From: Chiloscyllium plagiosum
Taxonomy: Eukaryota
Assembly (NCBI RefSeq): GCF_004010195.1
Contig: NC_057752.1
Coordinates: 14,612,762-14,652,666, forward strand
Length of the DNA: 39,905 bases
Reading direction: 5' to 3'
The position numbers and the translations under genes are program-made. Of the stretch, positions 22,067-32,393 are shown one piece after another (position 1 is the stretch's first letter; each line of letters starts with the position of its first letter). The notes beneath the pieces were generated by a model. The model was not told the origin of the DNA. It searched no databases and saw only the letters and a list, made by a program, of their open reading frames with translations.

Positions 22067-22619
22067 GGCTGATTATGCAGAACAGCAGTGGGGTAGGTCC
22101 CAGTGTTTGTGGACTCTCTGACACACCAATGTTCTCTCTGTGCTCTGAGACTTTAGCTCTCGTGCAATGCTGCATCTTTACACAGATAGATATATGGAGA
22201 TAGATTTCAGAAGCCCACGTGAAGGAGGATCAACGTGTCCTTGTACATTCATCATGACCGAATGCAAGTCACTTTCAATCGTTAGTGGAATGTAGGCATT
22301 GATTGCAGGAAATTTGATTTTCAAATCATCGTCCAGCCAACTGCACTGAGCCCAGCTGGAGTCTTGTGCACTGTGTTCATTGGTGAAGAAGGATATGCTT
22401 ATCATTGGGAGTTTTTCATAGATTATCTGCAAGATGTATTTCTCTGATGTACAAATTTAGATCCTGCATAACAGGTTGTATCTCTTGGACAATGAGTCAT
22501 TAGTGATGTGAGAATCGACAAGTGGTTTTGATGGAAACGTTGATCTGACTGGATGATAAATGCATTTAGCTTAAAGGACATCTACCTGGGTCACTGATCA
22601 GCATTCCTGTGTACATTGT

Positions 22620-23610
22620 ATAGAACATAAGAACTAGGAGAATGAGTAGGCCATTCAGCCTCTCAAATCTGCCCACCATTTGATACTATCCTCATCTTGG
22701 TATGAACCCCCGCTCTCTATAGCCATTCAATCCATTACTCATTAAAATCTGTCTGTCTCTAGCTTAAACTTACTCAATGTCCCAGCGTCCACCACACTCT
22801 GGGGTACTGAATTCCTTTGTCAGAGGTCATTTCTCTTCATCTCTGTGTTACATCTGCCGCCCTTAAGCTTGTCCTTAAGCTATGACCTCTTGTTTTAGAT
22901 TGCCCAACAAGAAGAAACATCCTCTCCATGTCTACTTTGTCAATTCTCCTTACTATCATCTGTACTTCAGTTAGATCGCCTCTCATTCTTCTAAACTCCA
23001 GAGAGTATTGACCTAAACTGTTCAATCTCTCTTCAAAAGCCAGATGCCATATCTGTGGAATCAATCTGGTGAACCTCCTCTGAGCTGCCTCCAATGCAAT
23101 TGCATCCCTCCTCAAGTAAGGAGAACAAAACTGTCCACAATACTCCAGGTACGGCCTTGCACTTTTGCAGCAACACTTGCCTCCTTTGATACACTATTCC
23201 TTGGCAATAAATGCCAAAATTCCAAGTTCCTTCTTTATTAGCTGTTGGTTTTGCAAACTACCTTTCTGTGGTTCATGCACAAGAACACCCAGATCCCTCC
23301 ATCCTGAAGCATTCTGAAGTTTCTCTCTATTTTGATAATCACTTGTCATTCTAAATTTCATACCAAAATAGATTACCTTAACCACCTTAAACTTCGTCTG
23401 CTACAGTTTTGCCCATCACCTAACCTATCCACATCCATTTTTTAAATTTCTCATTTCTTCATTGCAACTTACTTTCCCACCTATTTTAATGTAACATGCA
23501 AACTTGGCTCTGGTACATTCTATCTCCAATTAAAGTCATTCATCACTGAATCCGGTAGCACCCCACTAAATACATTTTGTCAGCCAGAAAAAAAGACCCA
23601 TTTACCCACA
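22620..23610 (-). mobile_element. Older CR1 LINE, 5'-truncated
   Basis: AGAACATAAGAAC tail; ORF 22837-23115 (ALEAAQRRFTRLIP..EERLNSLGQYSLEFRRMRGDL); RDLGVLVH. Confidence 0.88.
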
Positions 23611-23957
23611 GTCTCTTCAATATTTCCCAACAATTGAATCTCTGACTCACGGGGATAATTTTGAACGATAGTATATCTGTACCCAGAATACAAGGGTTCT
23701 GCGTTCGTCGGTACAACTCTCATTGGACAGATGTAAACCCTCCCGAAATGATCCTTAGTTCTTTATCCATGTATCATTTCACTGAACTTCTTTTACTTTA
23801 TAACCTTAGTGGCCTGTGTATCTGGATCCCCAGGACTGCAGTGACAATCCGAAAAGCATGAGGAAGCACTACACCGGGTCTGGAATCGCGCTATTCCAAT
23901 TCAGTGGAACTAACCCACACTGGGATCGGGGTTCCCTTTCAACAATCGACGCAACTT

Positions 23958-24062
23958 TGTGTGTGTGTGTGTGTTTGTAAGTGTGAGAGCTTGTGCATGT
24001 GCATGTGTCTGAAAGTAAGTGTATGTGTGTTTGTAAGCGTGCGTGCTTATTGGTGTGTGTGT
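23958..24062. repeat. Degenerate GT-rich tract at the L1 breakpoint
   Basis: TGTGTGTG...GTGTATGTGTGT...GTGTGTGT. Confidence 0.8.
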
Positions 24063-24610
24063 AAGAAAATCAGCAACCCCTGAATCGATCGCTGTTGGCA
24101 AACTTGGACCATATTCAACAACCTTCTAATATTATTAGAGGACCTACGGCCCCTTATAAAGCCTGTCTGGTCCTCTTTAATAATATGGGGCAACACCCTT
24201 TCCAATCTCAGCGCCAGGATCTTGGACAGAATCTTGAAATCTGAATTTAATAGAGAGATCGGCCTGTATGAGGCACAGTCCTAACGAACTTTCCCCTTCT
24301 TAAGAATTAAGGAAATATTAGCTTCTCTCAAAGATGGTGGTAGGCGTTCATGCATATAGGAGTGATTGTACATCTCCAACATCGGCCCTGACAGAATCCC
24401 TATAAACTCCTTATAAAACTCACCCGGAAGACCATCAGGGCCAGGCGCTTTCCCACTCTGAAGTTGTCTCGCTGCCTCCTGTATGTCCTGAACTGTCAAG
24501 GGGGCATTAAGGAGAGAGGAGAAAGTGAGTTCTGCAGACGCTGGAGATCAAAGCTGAAACTTTATTGCTGGAACAGCACAGCAGGTCAGGCAGCATCTAG
24601 GGAACAGAAG

Positions 24611-24646
24611 ATTCGACGTTTCGGGCACATGCCCTTCTTCAGGAAT
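24611..24646 (-). ncRNA. Minimal type I hammerhead ribozyme motif, best-preserved copy
   Basis: AUUC CUGAAGA A GGGC AUGU GCCC GAAA CGUC GAAU: 4-bp stem I, intact core, 4-bp stem II, palindromic ACGU stem III and GUC triplet. Confidence 0.75.
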
Positions 24647-25257
24647 GAGCAGAGAGTGTTCAGCAGGAGAAGATAAAAGGTAGGGAGGAGGGACTTGGAG
24701 GAGGGGCGTTGGAAATGTGATAGGTGGAAAGAGGTAAAGGTGAAGGTGATAGGTCGGAGTAGGGTGGAGGCGGAGAGGGCAAGAAGAAGACTGCAGGCCA
24801 GGAAGGCGGTGCCGGGCTGGAGGGATTCGGCTGAGACAAGGTGGGGGGAGGGGGGATGACACCTGCCTTTGGGACAGGACATATCCAGGGATGATGATGG
24901 TGCTGTCTGGATTATATCTGTAAGGTAAAATTCAGTGAATATGCCTATGTCAGGCTGTTGCTTGACTTGTCTGTAAAAGGGTCTGTATCTTCCGACTGGG
25001 ATCCCTCCAACCGCAGGGGATGAACTTGGACTTCACCAGTTTCTTCATCCCCCCTCCCCCCACCTTGTCTCCGCCGGATCCCTCCAGCCCGGCACTGCCT
25101 TCCTGACCTGTAGTCTTCTTCTTGACCTCTCCGCCTCCACCCTACTCCGACCTATCACCCTCACCTTGACCTCTTTCCACCTATCACATTTCCAACGCCC
25201 CTCCTCCAAGTCCCTCCTCCCTACCTTTTATCTTCTCCTGCTGAACACTCTCTGCTC

Positions 25258-25293
25258 ATTCCTGAAGAAGGGCATGTGCCCGAAACGTTGAAT
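25258..25293 (+). ncRNA. Minimal hammerhead motif, inverted sister copy (GUU triplet)
   Basis: AUUC CUGAAGA A GGGC AUGU GCCC GAAA CGUU GAAU. Confidence 0.68.
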
Positions 25294-27259
25294 CTTCTGT
25301 TCCCTAGATGCTGCCTGACCTGCTGTGCTGTTCCAGCAATAAAGTTTCAGCATTAAGGAGAGAGGCCTGTTCCAAGGTTACACCTGGGAGGTCCAGGTTC
25401 TTAAAAAAAGGTCTCCATTTTAGCCCTCCTGTCCTCGCAACCTTCAGACTGATACAATTCAGCGTAAAAACTCCGAAAAGCCTCATTAATCTTTTTAGCA
25501 TCGTATGTAAGGACCCCGGCGCTGTCTCTAATGTCAGTAATGGATTGGGGTGCACGCTTTTTCCCAGTCAGGTATGCTAAACACTTCCCTGGCCTATCTC
25601 CACATTCGGATAGCCTTTGTCTAGCAAAAGCAAGTTCTTTCTTTGCTTTTGTGTCAGCATTGAATTCAAGGCAGCCCAGAGGGCCGTGATCCACTGTAGC
25701 TCAGTCATCGAAGGCTGCGCAAAATGTGCTGCCTTGGCGGCTTTCAACCACATCTCAAGTAGATGCTGCTGTTCCTCCTTTTATCGTTTCCAGCTAGCTG
25801 AATAGGAAATAGCTAATCCCCTAGAAAAGGCCTTAGCATCGATGGACTAATAGCCGTGCCTGAGCTGATCGTCAAAATTTGGAATCCTCATGGAGAAAAG
25901 GGTCCAAACGCCAGTGCCGCAAACCTAGCCCCTCACTCTTGGCCTTAACCTCCAAATATACCTTTGCTTGATCAGAGATAGCTATATTCCCAATTTTACA
26001 ACCCATAATCGAATCCAGAAGGGCCGAGGTAGCCAGAAAGAGGTTAATCCTTGTGTGACATTTATGTGGATTTGCAAAAAAGGTGAAGTCCCTGCTGGTA
26101 GGGTGAAGACATCTCCAAATATCCACCAGCCCCAACTCCTCGCATAAGTCAACCACCTGCCTGGCCTGCGAAAAAATATTTGTGGGCCCTCAAGGCAACC
26201 TGTCCACTCTCGGATCCAAAAGACAATTAACATCCCCCCCACCCCCTCCCTATAATAATGTGCGGTGTTCCAAATGCAATTAACTTGGAGAAAGCACTAA
26301 TCAAAAATTTGAGATGAAGAGCTGGAGGACAGTAGACATTTAAAATGCGATATTCCTCCCCATGTAACAGGGCTTTAACTATCATAAATCGTCCCTGCGC
26401 ATCTTTCACCTGCTCGAATAATGTGAACGGAAGCATTTTCTGGATAAGTACCACCACTCTCCCCTACTTTTAGTAGTTAAGGCTGAAAAGAATACCCGGT
26501 CATACCCCCCTGTTGTAATTTCAGGTGTTCCCCATCATCAAGATGGGTCTCCTGCAACAAAGCGATATCTACCCTTTCCCTCCTAAGGCTGGAAATCCCT
26601 TTTTTTTCCTTTTAACAGGCGAATGGCTTCCCTTAATGTTCCAGGTGCACCATATAATAAGACACTTACCCATATCCCCTTTCAGAGACCCTTGAACCCC
26701 TTGGACGGAGAACCCTGCTTACAAAGCGCTGAGCATAAATAAATAAAGACACATAGAATCGAAAAACTATATATACAAAAACTGCTCTATCACAACTATA
26801 AACAACTATTACTGCCAAAAACCTACAAAGAAAACCAACTATAAAACTTTGAATGGAAGACTCTTCCCCCTGCCCATAGGGGGCACTCACTATACCCATC
26901 CCTTCCTTCACAGCTCCTTCAAACCCGGACTATGTCCCACTGTTAGGCCAGAAAAAAAAACAAGGAGATGATTCTTAAAACACCATAAAAAAGACAAAGT
27001 CAGGATGAGCACTCCACCCATCCCTGGCTTCATGTCACTCCTACTTGTGACTAAAAGAGAAACAGAACAAACAAAAAAGGGGAAAGACAACAAAGAACTT
27101 TCACAAAATTTCCCATCAGAAAATCCAGTTATTAAAAAAAAGGAACAACTTATTCCAATATCTTTTCCCCCCTTTCCAAAAAGGAAATTATGAGGGAAAA
27201 GAAAGGAATTTTAAAAAAGGAAGGGAAAACATGGGGAAAGATAGAAAAGAGAACAAACA

Positions 27260-28032
27260 TTAATCGTATTCTTCAGGCCAATCCATCCATTTAAAAGTGT
27301 CCACAAAGTTTTTAGCTTTATCCGCTGAGTCAATTGTATAAACTGAGTCCTCGTGGCTGAAACGAAGTAATGTGGGGTATCTCGTGGAGGTTCCTTAGCC
27401 TCTTTTTAACTTCATCAAAGGACTTCCTCTTTTGAATTGGAGCTGCAGAGAAATTCTGGAAAGACATGATTTTTTACCTATTGTACAGCAGTGCCTGCTG
27501 ATCGTTTCCCAGGGATCTGGAAGCTTCTATGACTTTTCGCTTGTCCTAATATGAGTGGAAGTGCACTAGGACCGAGCGGGGGCGCTGCACTGGGCCTGAC
27601 CTGTGCACTGTAACCCGATAAGCCCTTTCAATTTTCGAGGTCGTCGATACGATTTTGCAAAGCCCGCAACTCTCGCTCCAGCATCTGGATCCGACTGGAG
27701 GAGGACTCTATCTCAGCTTCCGAGGCCTGAGATCGACCCTTCACCTCCTCCAGCCACTCCCCAATGCCCTAGATCTCCGGCTCATGCTTCTGCAGCATGG
27801 ATGCGATAGGTTGGACCTGGGCACGAATCTCCCCACGGATCTCTTCAATCGCAACCCCAAATTTCAAGGTAAGTCTCTCCATCGCCGCAGCCAATTCCTG
27901 TGCATCTGTCAGGTCCCTGGGGGGTTCAGGAGAGGCTGCTGCTGCTGCAGTCTCTGGTGGGATAAGTGCTGCAGGGGAATGTCCTCCCTGCTGCTGTTTG
28001 CTTGCATCTTTTCCGTTTGGCATCCTTCCCAT
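27260..28032 (-). pseudogene. L1 ORF1p remnant (coiled coil, RRM, CTD)
   Basis: ATG at 28032 (MGRMPNGK...), ELAAAMERLTLKFGVAIEEIRGEI, RPRSVLVHFHSY*DKRKVIEASR and IMSFQNFS...KRKSFDEVKKRL; contains stops and frameshifts. Confidence 0.8.
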
Positions 28033-28156
28033 TCCCAAATATTAACAAATATGTCTTCTGTAAGGTTTTAAACTAATAATTCCACCACATAAGTTGGCCA
28101 GGGATGGTAAAAAAAACACCAGTATGCCTTGGCTGTTAGGCAGTTCGACAGAATCG

Positions 28157-28166
28157 CCGCCATCTT
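28157..28166 (-). promoter_or_regulatory. YY1-type site (AAGATGGCGG) at the L1 5' terminus
   Basis: The + strand reads CCGCCATCTT. YY1 sites near position +10-20 are an established feature of L1 internal promoters. Confidence 0.6.
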
Positions 28167-28756
28167 GCCGAGTCAAAAGGGTCATCTTATTGAACCCATT
28201 TGGAGTGACGCTATCGAACTGTGGTTTGCAGGGTTATGTGCACCTCCACCAATAAAACCAATGTGTGTTTTTGTTTGTGAACTTGTGTGTGCATCTGTGT
28301 GCAGCTTTTTAAAAATCAGAATGTTACCAGTCGATCCATACATTGTCATCTCATACCTGTTAACTTGTGATTAGCATTTACTTACCTGCAATAAGTATTA
28401 ATTCTTGTCAAGTCCAGGGAAAGTGTCAGAGTTCAGGGATTGCTTTCTGCGAACTTGATATCAGCCGAAAGGTGGTTTGTGGATTTGCGTACTTTGATTA
28501 AAGGATTAATATTTGTGATCATTCCCCAGCCCACCCTCAGTGTAATGGGGTATATGGCTCAGCGCACTTTCCAAAGTGAGGTCTTACAATGTGAATCAAT
28601 GAAAATCCATCATGTGGGGAAATAGATCACCCATGCTGTTTCCCATCTTCTCCTTCAGGGATTGCTTTCACTCATTTACTCGCCCATTTACTGCCAGGGT
28701 ATTGTAACTCAAGGTCAGGGATAAATGTGGCTTTTATGGAATTGGGATAAGACCAC

Positions 28757-29650
28757 TCACCTCTTGGCTGCTTCTCTCCATTTATTTATTTTTTTAAAGA
28801 ATCGAGCAATTGGTGCAACCAAAGTGTCCTTGACCTGCTGTCTAAACTTGGATAGTGTTGCCAAATACGTAAAGGCACTTGTGCAAGAACGAACATTCCT
28901 CAGAATAAGTGCAATGTCTCGACATATTTTGATAGCTTCAGTTAGATAATCTCTCCTCACACGATAACGTACGACATTTATAATGTAGCCCATCCATAGA
29001 AGTACAAAACTGCCGGAAATAGTGAAGAGTAAAGTAATTGACGTTCTTCTATTCTCTATCTCAAGGTCACTGTGGTTCTCTCCTTTATTCTGACCCCTCA
29101 GTCCCTTGCGGACTCGACTAACGAATAAAATGTGCTTGACTGTCAGAGTGTTGAGTAGCAGAATTAATACAAATGGGAGCAAAGGGGTTATAAGCTTGTG
29201 AAACAAGTCATGCCTCTCCATCCTGCCTCAGTCAAATAGATTTCCTTAGGCTTACTTTCTAAGGGATATTGTTGACTATGTACGGAGGTTTATATTTAAA
29301 GTAGATAGGCACATTTTTAATGCAGGTTGTTGCAAGAATCACCGTGCAGTTGTGTCAGTGCAATATTTTGTTTTCTGCTTATGGCAAAAACAAGGACACA
29401 AATCAATTAAAGGAGAAAAAGCCAGTGAACCAGACAGAAGAGACAGAAGAGAAAGCATACAAAAATGACACATGGCAATGAGATTCAGGAAAGAGTCCTG
29501 TGAAGCATATAAGGTAGTAGTTTGCTTCTGGATGGTGTTAGTGATAGTAGACAGTAGATCCATCGTTGATATGACAACGAAGTAGTGAGTGGTGCAAGTG
29601 GAGAGGCCAACTTTACACGGGAAAGAAAATCACAATCGCAAGTAAGTTAA
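28757..29650 (-). pseudogene. GPR139/GPR142-like class A GPCR pseudogene, exon 2 (end of TM1 to C-terminus)
   Basis: (V)NLLAIVI, GLSTCTTHYFVVISTMDLL, WFTGFFSFN*FV (TGA at 29405-29403 where the DRF arginine should be), KTKYCT, KNVPIYF, NIP* (29261-29259), then ORF 28757-29221 LITPLLPFVLILLLNTLTVKHIL..SRVRKGLRG..DLEIENRR.SITLLFTISGSFVLLW..SCTSAFTYLATLSKFR. Several frameshifts; the acceptor reads AA rather than AG. Confidence 0.9.
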
Positions 29651-30119
29651 TTGTGTGGGTGAGAGAATTCAAAAGTAAACGGGAAGTTGTTGATCATAAA
29701 TATTCACGTGTCACCTACAAAACGGGATGGAAGGAGTTTGGCTTCACCTGACATACCTCTGAGATGTAGAGGTTGGCTGGTGATTCACAGATATTAATGA
29801 TCCACAATTGTATCTTGGACTCCAGCTGGATTAAAGATTATTTTAATGAAGCCAAAGATCTCCATTAAGATTCGATTTATAAGTTTCACTCTTTTAGGAC
29901 AATCAGACAGAACATCATGCAGAAAGTGAGTGATTGCAGCAGAATCCCCTCTCCCATCATCACTGCCAGATTTCAGTTCCTGCACAGAATTATTCTCACC
30001 ATTCTGTATCAAGCATCTGAGCAGTTTTCCAATCTTATCTCAGCTTGCTTTTGAACACTCTTCAAGCTTGGACCTGAGCTGGAAATCTGTGATGTGAGCA
30101 CAATGAGAAATAAAAAAGC

Positions 30120-30245
30120 TTATGAGGGATTTGGAAAAGCTGCATGACAGCTCTAAAATGATGTGAATACATGTGAGGTTGCACACTTTGTTCAGAGAAA
30201 CATAGCTATCGAGGTTTCTTTTCTTAAATTGTGAGAAATCAGTTT
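30120..30245 (+). mobile_element. Very old CR1 RT fragment
   Basis: GATTTGGAAAAGCTG...ATGTGAATACATGTGAGGTTGCACACTTTG (DLEKL..NV.TCEVAHF). Confidence 0.45.
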
Positions 30246-30383
30246 GTGTTATTTATATATGAATTGTGACTGATTTTTATGTATTAATATTATTTATTTT
30301 AACTTTTGAATATCAGATTAGTGGCATTTGGATATGCATCGAAGTTTTGTGATGGGATGGAAAAGTAATTACATTGTTATCGT

Positions 30384-30692
30384 TAGGGTGGCTCAGTTGT
30401 CAGCACTACTGCCTCACGGGGTCCTGGGTTCAATTCCAGCTCTTGGTGACTGCGTGGAGTTTGTACATTCTACCTGTGTCTGTATGAGCTTCCTCCAGGT
30501 TCTCCGCTTCCCGCCCCCCGGTCCAGTCCAAACTTGTGCTATTTATGTGGATTGATCATGCTAAATTGCTCATCTTGCCTGGGGATATGCAGGCTAGTCG
30601 GAGTAGCCATGGGAAATGCAGGTTTACAGGAATAGGGGTTGGTCTGGGTGGGTGTGCTCTTTCGAGGGTGTGTGGACTGTTGGGAATCTGAC
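30384..30692 (+). mobile_element. HE1-type SINE (decayed) in the GPCR intron
   Basis: GGTGGCTCAGTTG A box, GGTTCAATTCC B box, GTGGAGTTTGTACATTC and CATGCTAAATTG. Confidence 0.85.
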
Positions 30693-30960
30693 AAAAGTGT
30701 AATTAAATAATAATAGCAGTTGTCATAGAGTTGTTAACTGCTCTGTTAATAGATATTTCGTTATACTGAGCTAGTTAAAACAGTGGGTCAAACCTCATAT
30801 TCTCAACTCAACCATGAATGACAAGGAATACAAAATATTTCGATTTACTTCAAAGGACACCATGCTGAACTCAAAAGCAAGCAAGCTCTCTGATGAAGGA
30901 TATTTTTCAGCGCAGTTCAGATCATAAATTGCTTCAGTGAAAGAGGATAGTTAGTGCACA

Positions 30961-31097
30961 ATAAAACCTGAATGAACTGTGGATGCTGTAAATCGAAACA
31001 AAAATAATAATTGCTGGAAAAGCTCAGCAGGTCTGGCAGCATCTGTGGAGTGAAATCAGAGTTAACTTTCGGGTCCAGTGATCCTTCCTCACATCAA
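30961..31097 (-). mobile_element. PLE terminal fragment with 10-bp TSD
   Basis: GAACTGTGGATGCTG...GCTGGAAAAGCTCAGCAGGTCTGGCAGCATCTG...TTTCGGGTCCAGTGATCCTTCCTC. TTAGTGCACA occurs at 30951-30960 and 31098-31107. The hammerhead core is degenerate. Confidence 0.8.
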
Positions 31098-31159
31098 TTA
31101 GTGCACATTCCAGTCCAGGAGATTGTTCGAATTCTGCAGATTATTAAAAGACCAATAAT

Positions 31160-31855
31160 CATAACGTTGGGAGCACTTGCTGGGACCTGAAAACATTAAT
31201 TTTAAGAGGAACCTATGTCACATTTAAGAATGCAAGATCCAAGAGTTTCTGGAATTGATCAGCGGTATAATGGCGAATGTTATTGTACAGGTTTTAAAGT
31301 GGATTTGAATCTTGCAAAAAGTATTCTGAGGGGAAAGAATATGACAATAGAGTATTAAAATTATTTCACAAAAACGAACCTGAGAATTAGTAGCTAGATT
31401 AGAAACAGAACTGGAAGGATGATTTTGTCCAAGGAATAAACGTGAGAGAAATTAATAAACGTTCAATTTCGAAGAGGGAGCTCTGAAATTGCGATGTCAC
31501 ACGTCGTCCCAGTTAAGATAAAGTTTAATTTAATGAGACTTTATTTGGCAGAAAAAGACCGAGAGAGGGAAATACAAAGGCTCAAATGGACAGAGGAAGA
31601 GAAGAAACTACAATGTGAAAACAAAAACCACACAGATTTAGGGAAACTTGAAATCAAAACAGAGGATAAAGAGGAATAGAGGTTAATGGCAAATGCGATG
31701 GAATTTAAGAGGCTCAAACATCAAGGAGACAAAGAAAGTAGACCACAGGATTTGACAAAGAACAAAAACATAAAGGAAAGAGGAAATGGGAGCAGGCGGA
31801 ATTTTCTGAATCCAATGAAGGATTTGATTTAACTAAAGCTTAAATCTTAATTTAT
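31160..31855 (+). mobile_element. Probable Gypsy LTR retrotransposon gag 5' remnant
   Basis: PBS-like ATAAC-G-TTGGGAGCACTTGCTGGGA (31161-31185), ELVARLE.EL, coiled-coil MRLYLAEKDREREIQRLK..EEEKKLQ, and EGFDLTKA*IL resembling 'FDVSK.IRLVP'. Confidence 0.45.
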
Positions 31856-32327
31856 TGCCTACATCTATGAAGGATGGAGTCAACATACTGTCACATCTTC
31901 TGTACCCTGATGGATAATCCCAGAACTCATTGTACGGGTTTGGGGATACAGCTCTGATCATTAATGCACAGTGGGAGCAGTTCCTCACTGACAGATAATT
32001 CCAGTCATGCATGGTCGAGAGCGGTGTCATATCCTGTCTGAGCGGGTTAATCAGGCAAACGTCAAGTCTCTGTTCAGAGAGTTTCTGCTGGTGGTAATGA
32101 TACAGAATGCAGCGTTACACTAAACACAATGACTTGGAAAACTGAGTCCAGTGGAAGAAAACTGCAGAGATTATTCAGGGTGTTTAATGCCACAACGAAA
32201 TATTATTGCTGTGATCTCTGTACAATATTGATGACTGGATCGGCATGCAATATTCTCGGGAGCACGTAAATACGTGAGATCAGCTCATTCTAATCATCAC
32301 ACAATTGGAATGATGACAGTCATTTAC

Positions 32328-32393
32328 CAGGAAGACCAATAATCCCAAGGATTGTGTCAGATAATTTCAATATAATGCACCATAGAGGACCAT
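32328..32393 (-). pseudogene. GPR139-like pseudogene exon 1 (N-terminus and first half of TM1)
   Basis: ..PLWCIILKLSDTILGIIGLP-G|GTAAAT. The phase-1 donor at 32327 joins exon 2 to give IGLP-V-NLLAIVI. The ATG at 32393 is one base out of frame; an in-frame ATG lies at 32496. Confidence 0.75.

Larger units (their letters stand above)
24519..25351. mobile_element. Penelope-like element insertion in L1 ORF2 with inverted ~307-bp arms, filler and TSD
   Basis: 24553-24859 is the reverse complement of 25045-25351. 24987-25044 encodes IFRLGSLQPQGMNLDFTSF (PLE GIY-YIG C-terminus). GCATTAAGGAGAGAGG is duplicated at 24504-24519 and 25350-25365. Confidence 0.9.
24063..26673 (-). pseudogene. L1 ORF2p remnant (APE endonuclease, linker, start of RT)
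   Basis: ATG at 26673 (MGKCLIIWCTWNIKGSHSPVKRK), LLQETHL, GRFMIVK..LNVYCPP, LVDIWRCLHP..RDFTFF, HWRLDP, GKAPGPDGLPGEFYKEF, SYRPISLLNSDFKILSKILALRL and DQTGFIKGR. It stops just before the DAEKAFD motif. Confidence 0.92.
24063..28174 (-). mobile_element. L1-clade LINE: 5' UTR, ORF1, ~590-bp spacer and ORF2 5' part; 3'-truncated and inactive
   Basis: 5' end GACTCGGCAAGATGGCGGCG; ORF1 and ORF2 motifs as listed separately. Confidence 0.92.

Noticed and set aside
23650..23957. CpG-containing unique block beside the L1 breakpoint
   Set aside because: No ORF, repeat or structure that I could support; left unassigned.
28757..29221. Intact 154-aa GPCR gene or true GPR139 orthologue
   Set aside because: It covers only TM5-TM7 and the upstream helices are frameshifted. 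Orthology cannot be shown by eye, so no gene symbol is given.
30890..30900. Additional hammerhead at CTGATGAAGG
   Set aside because: No stem II or GAAA follows.
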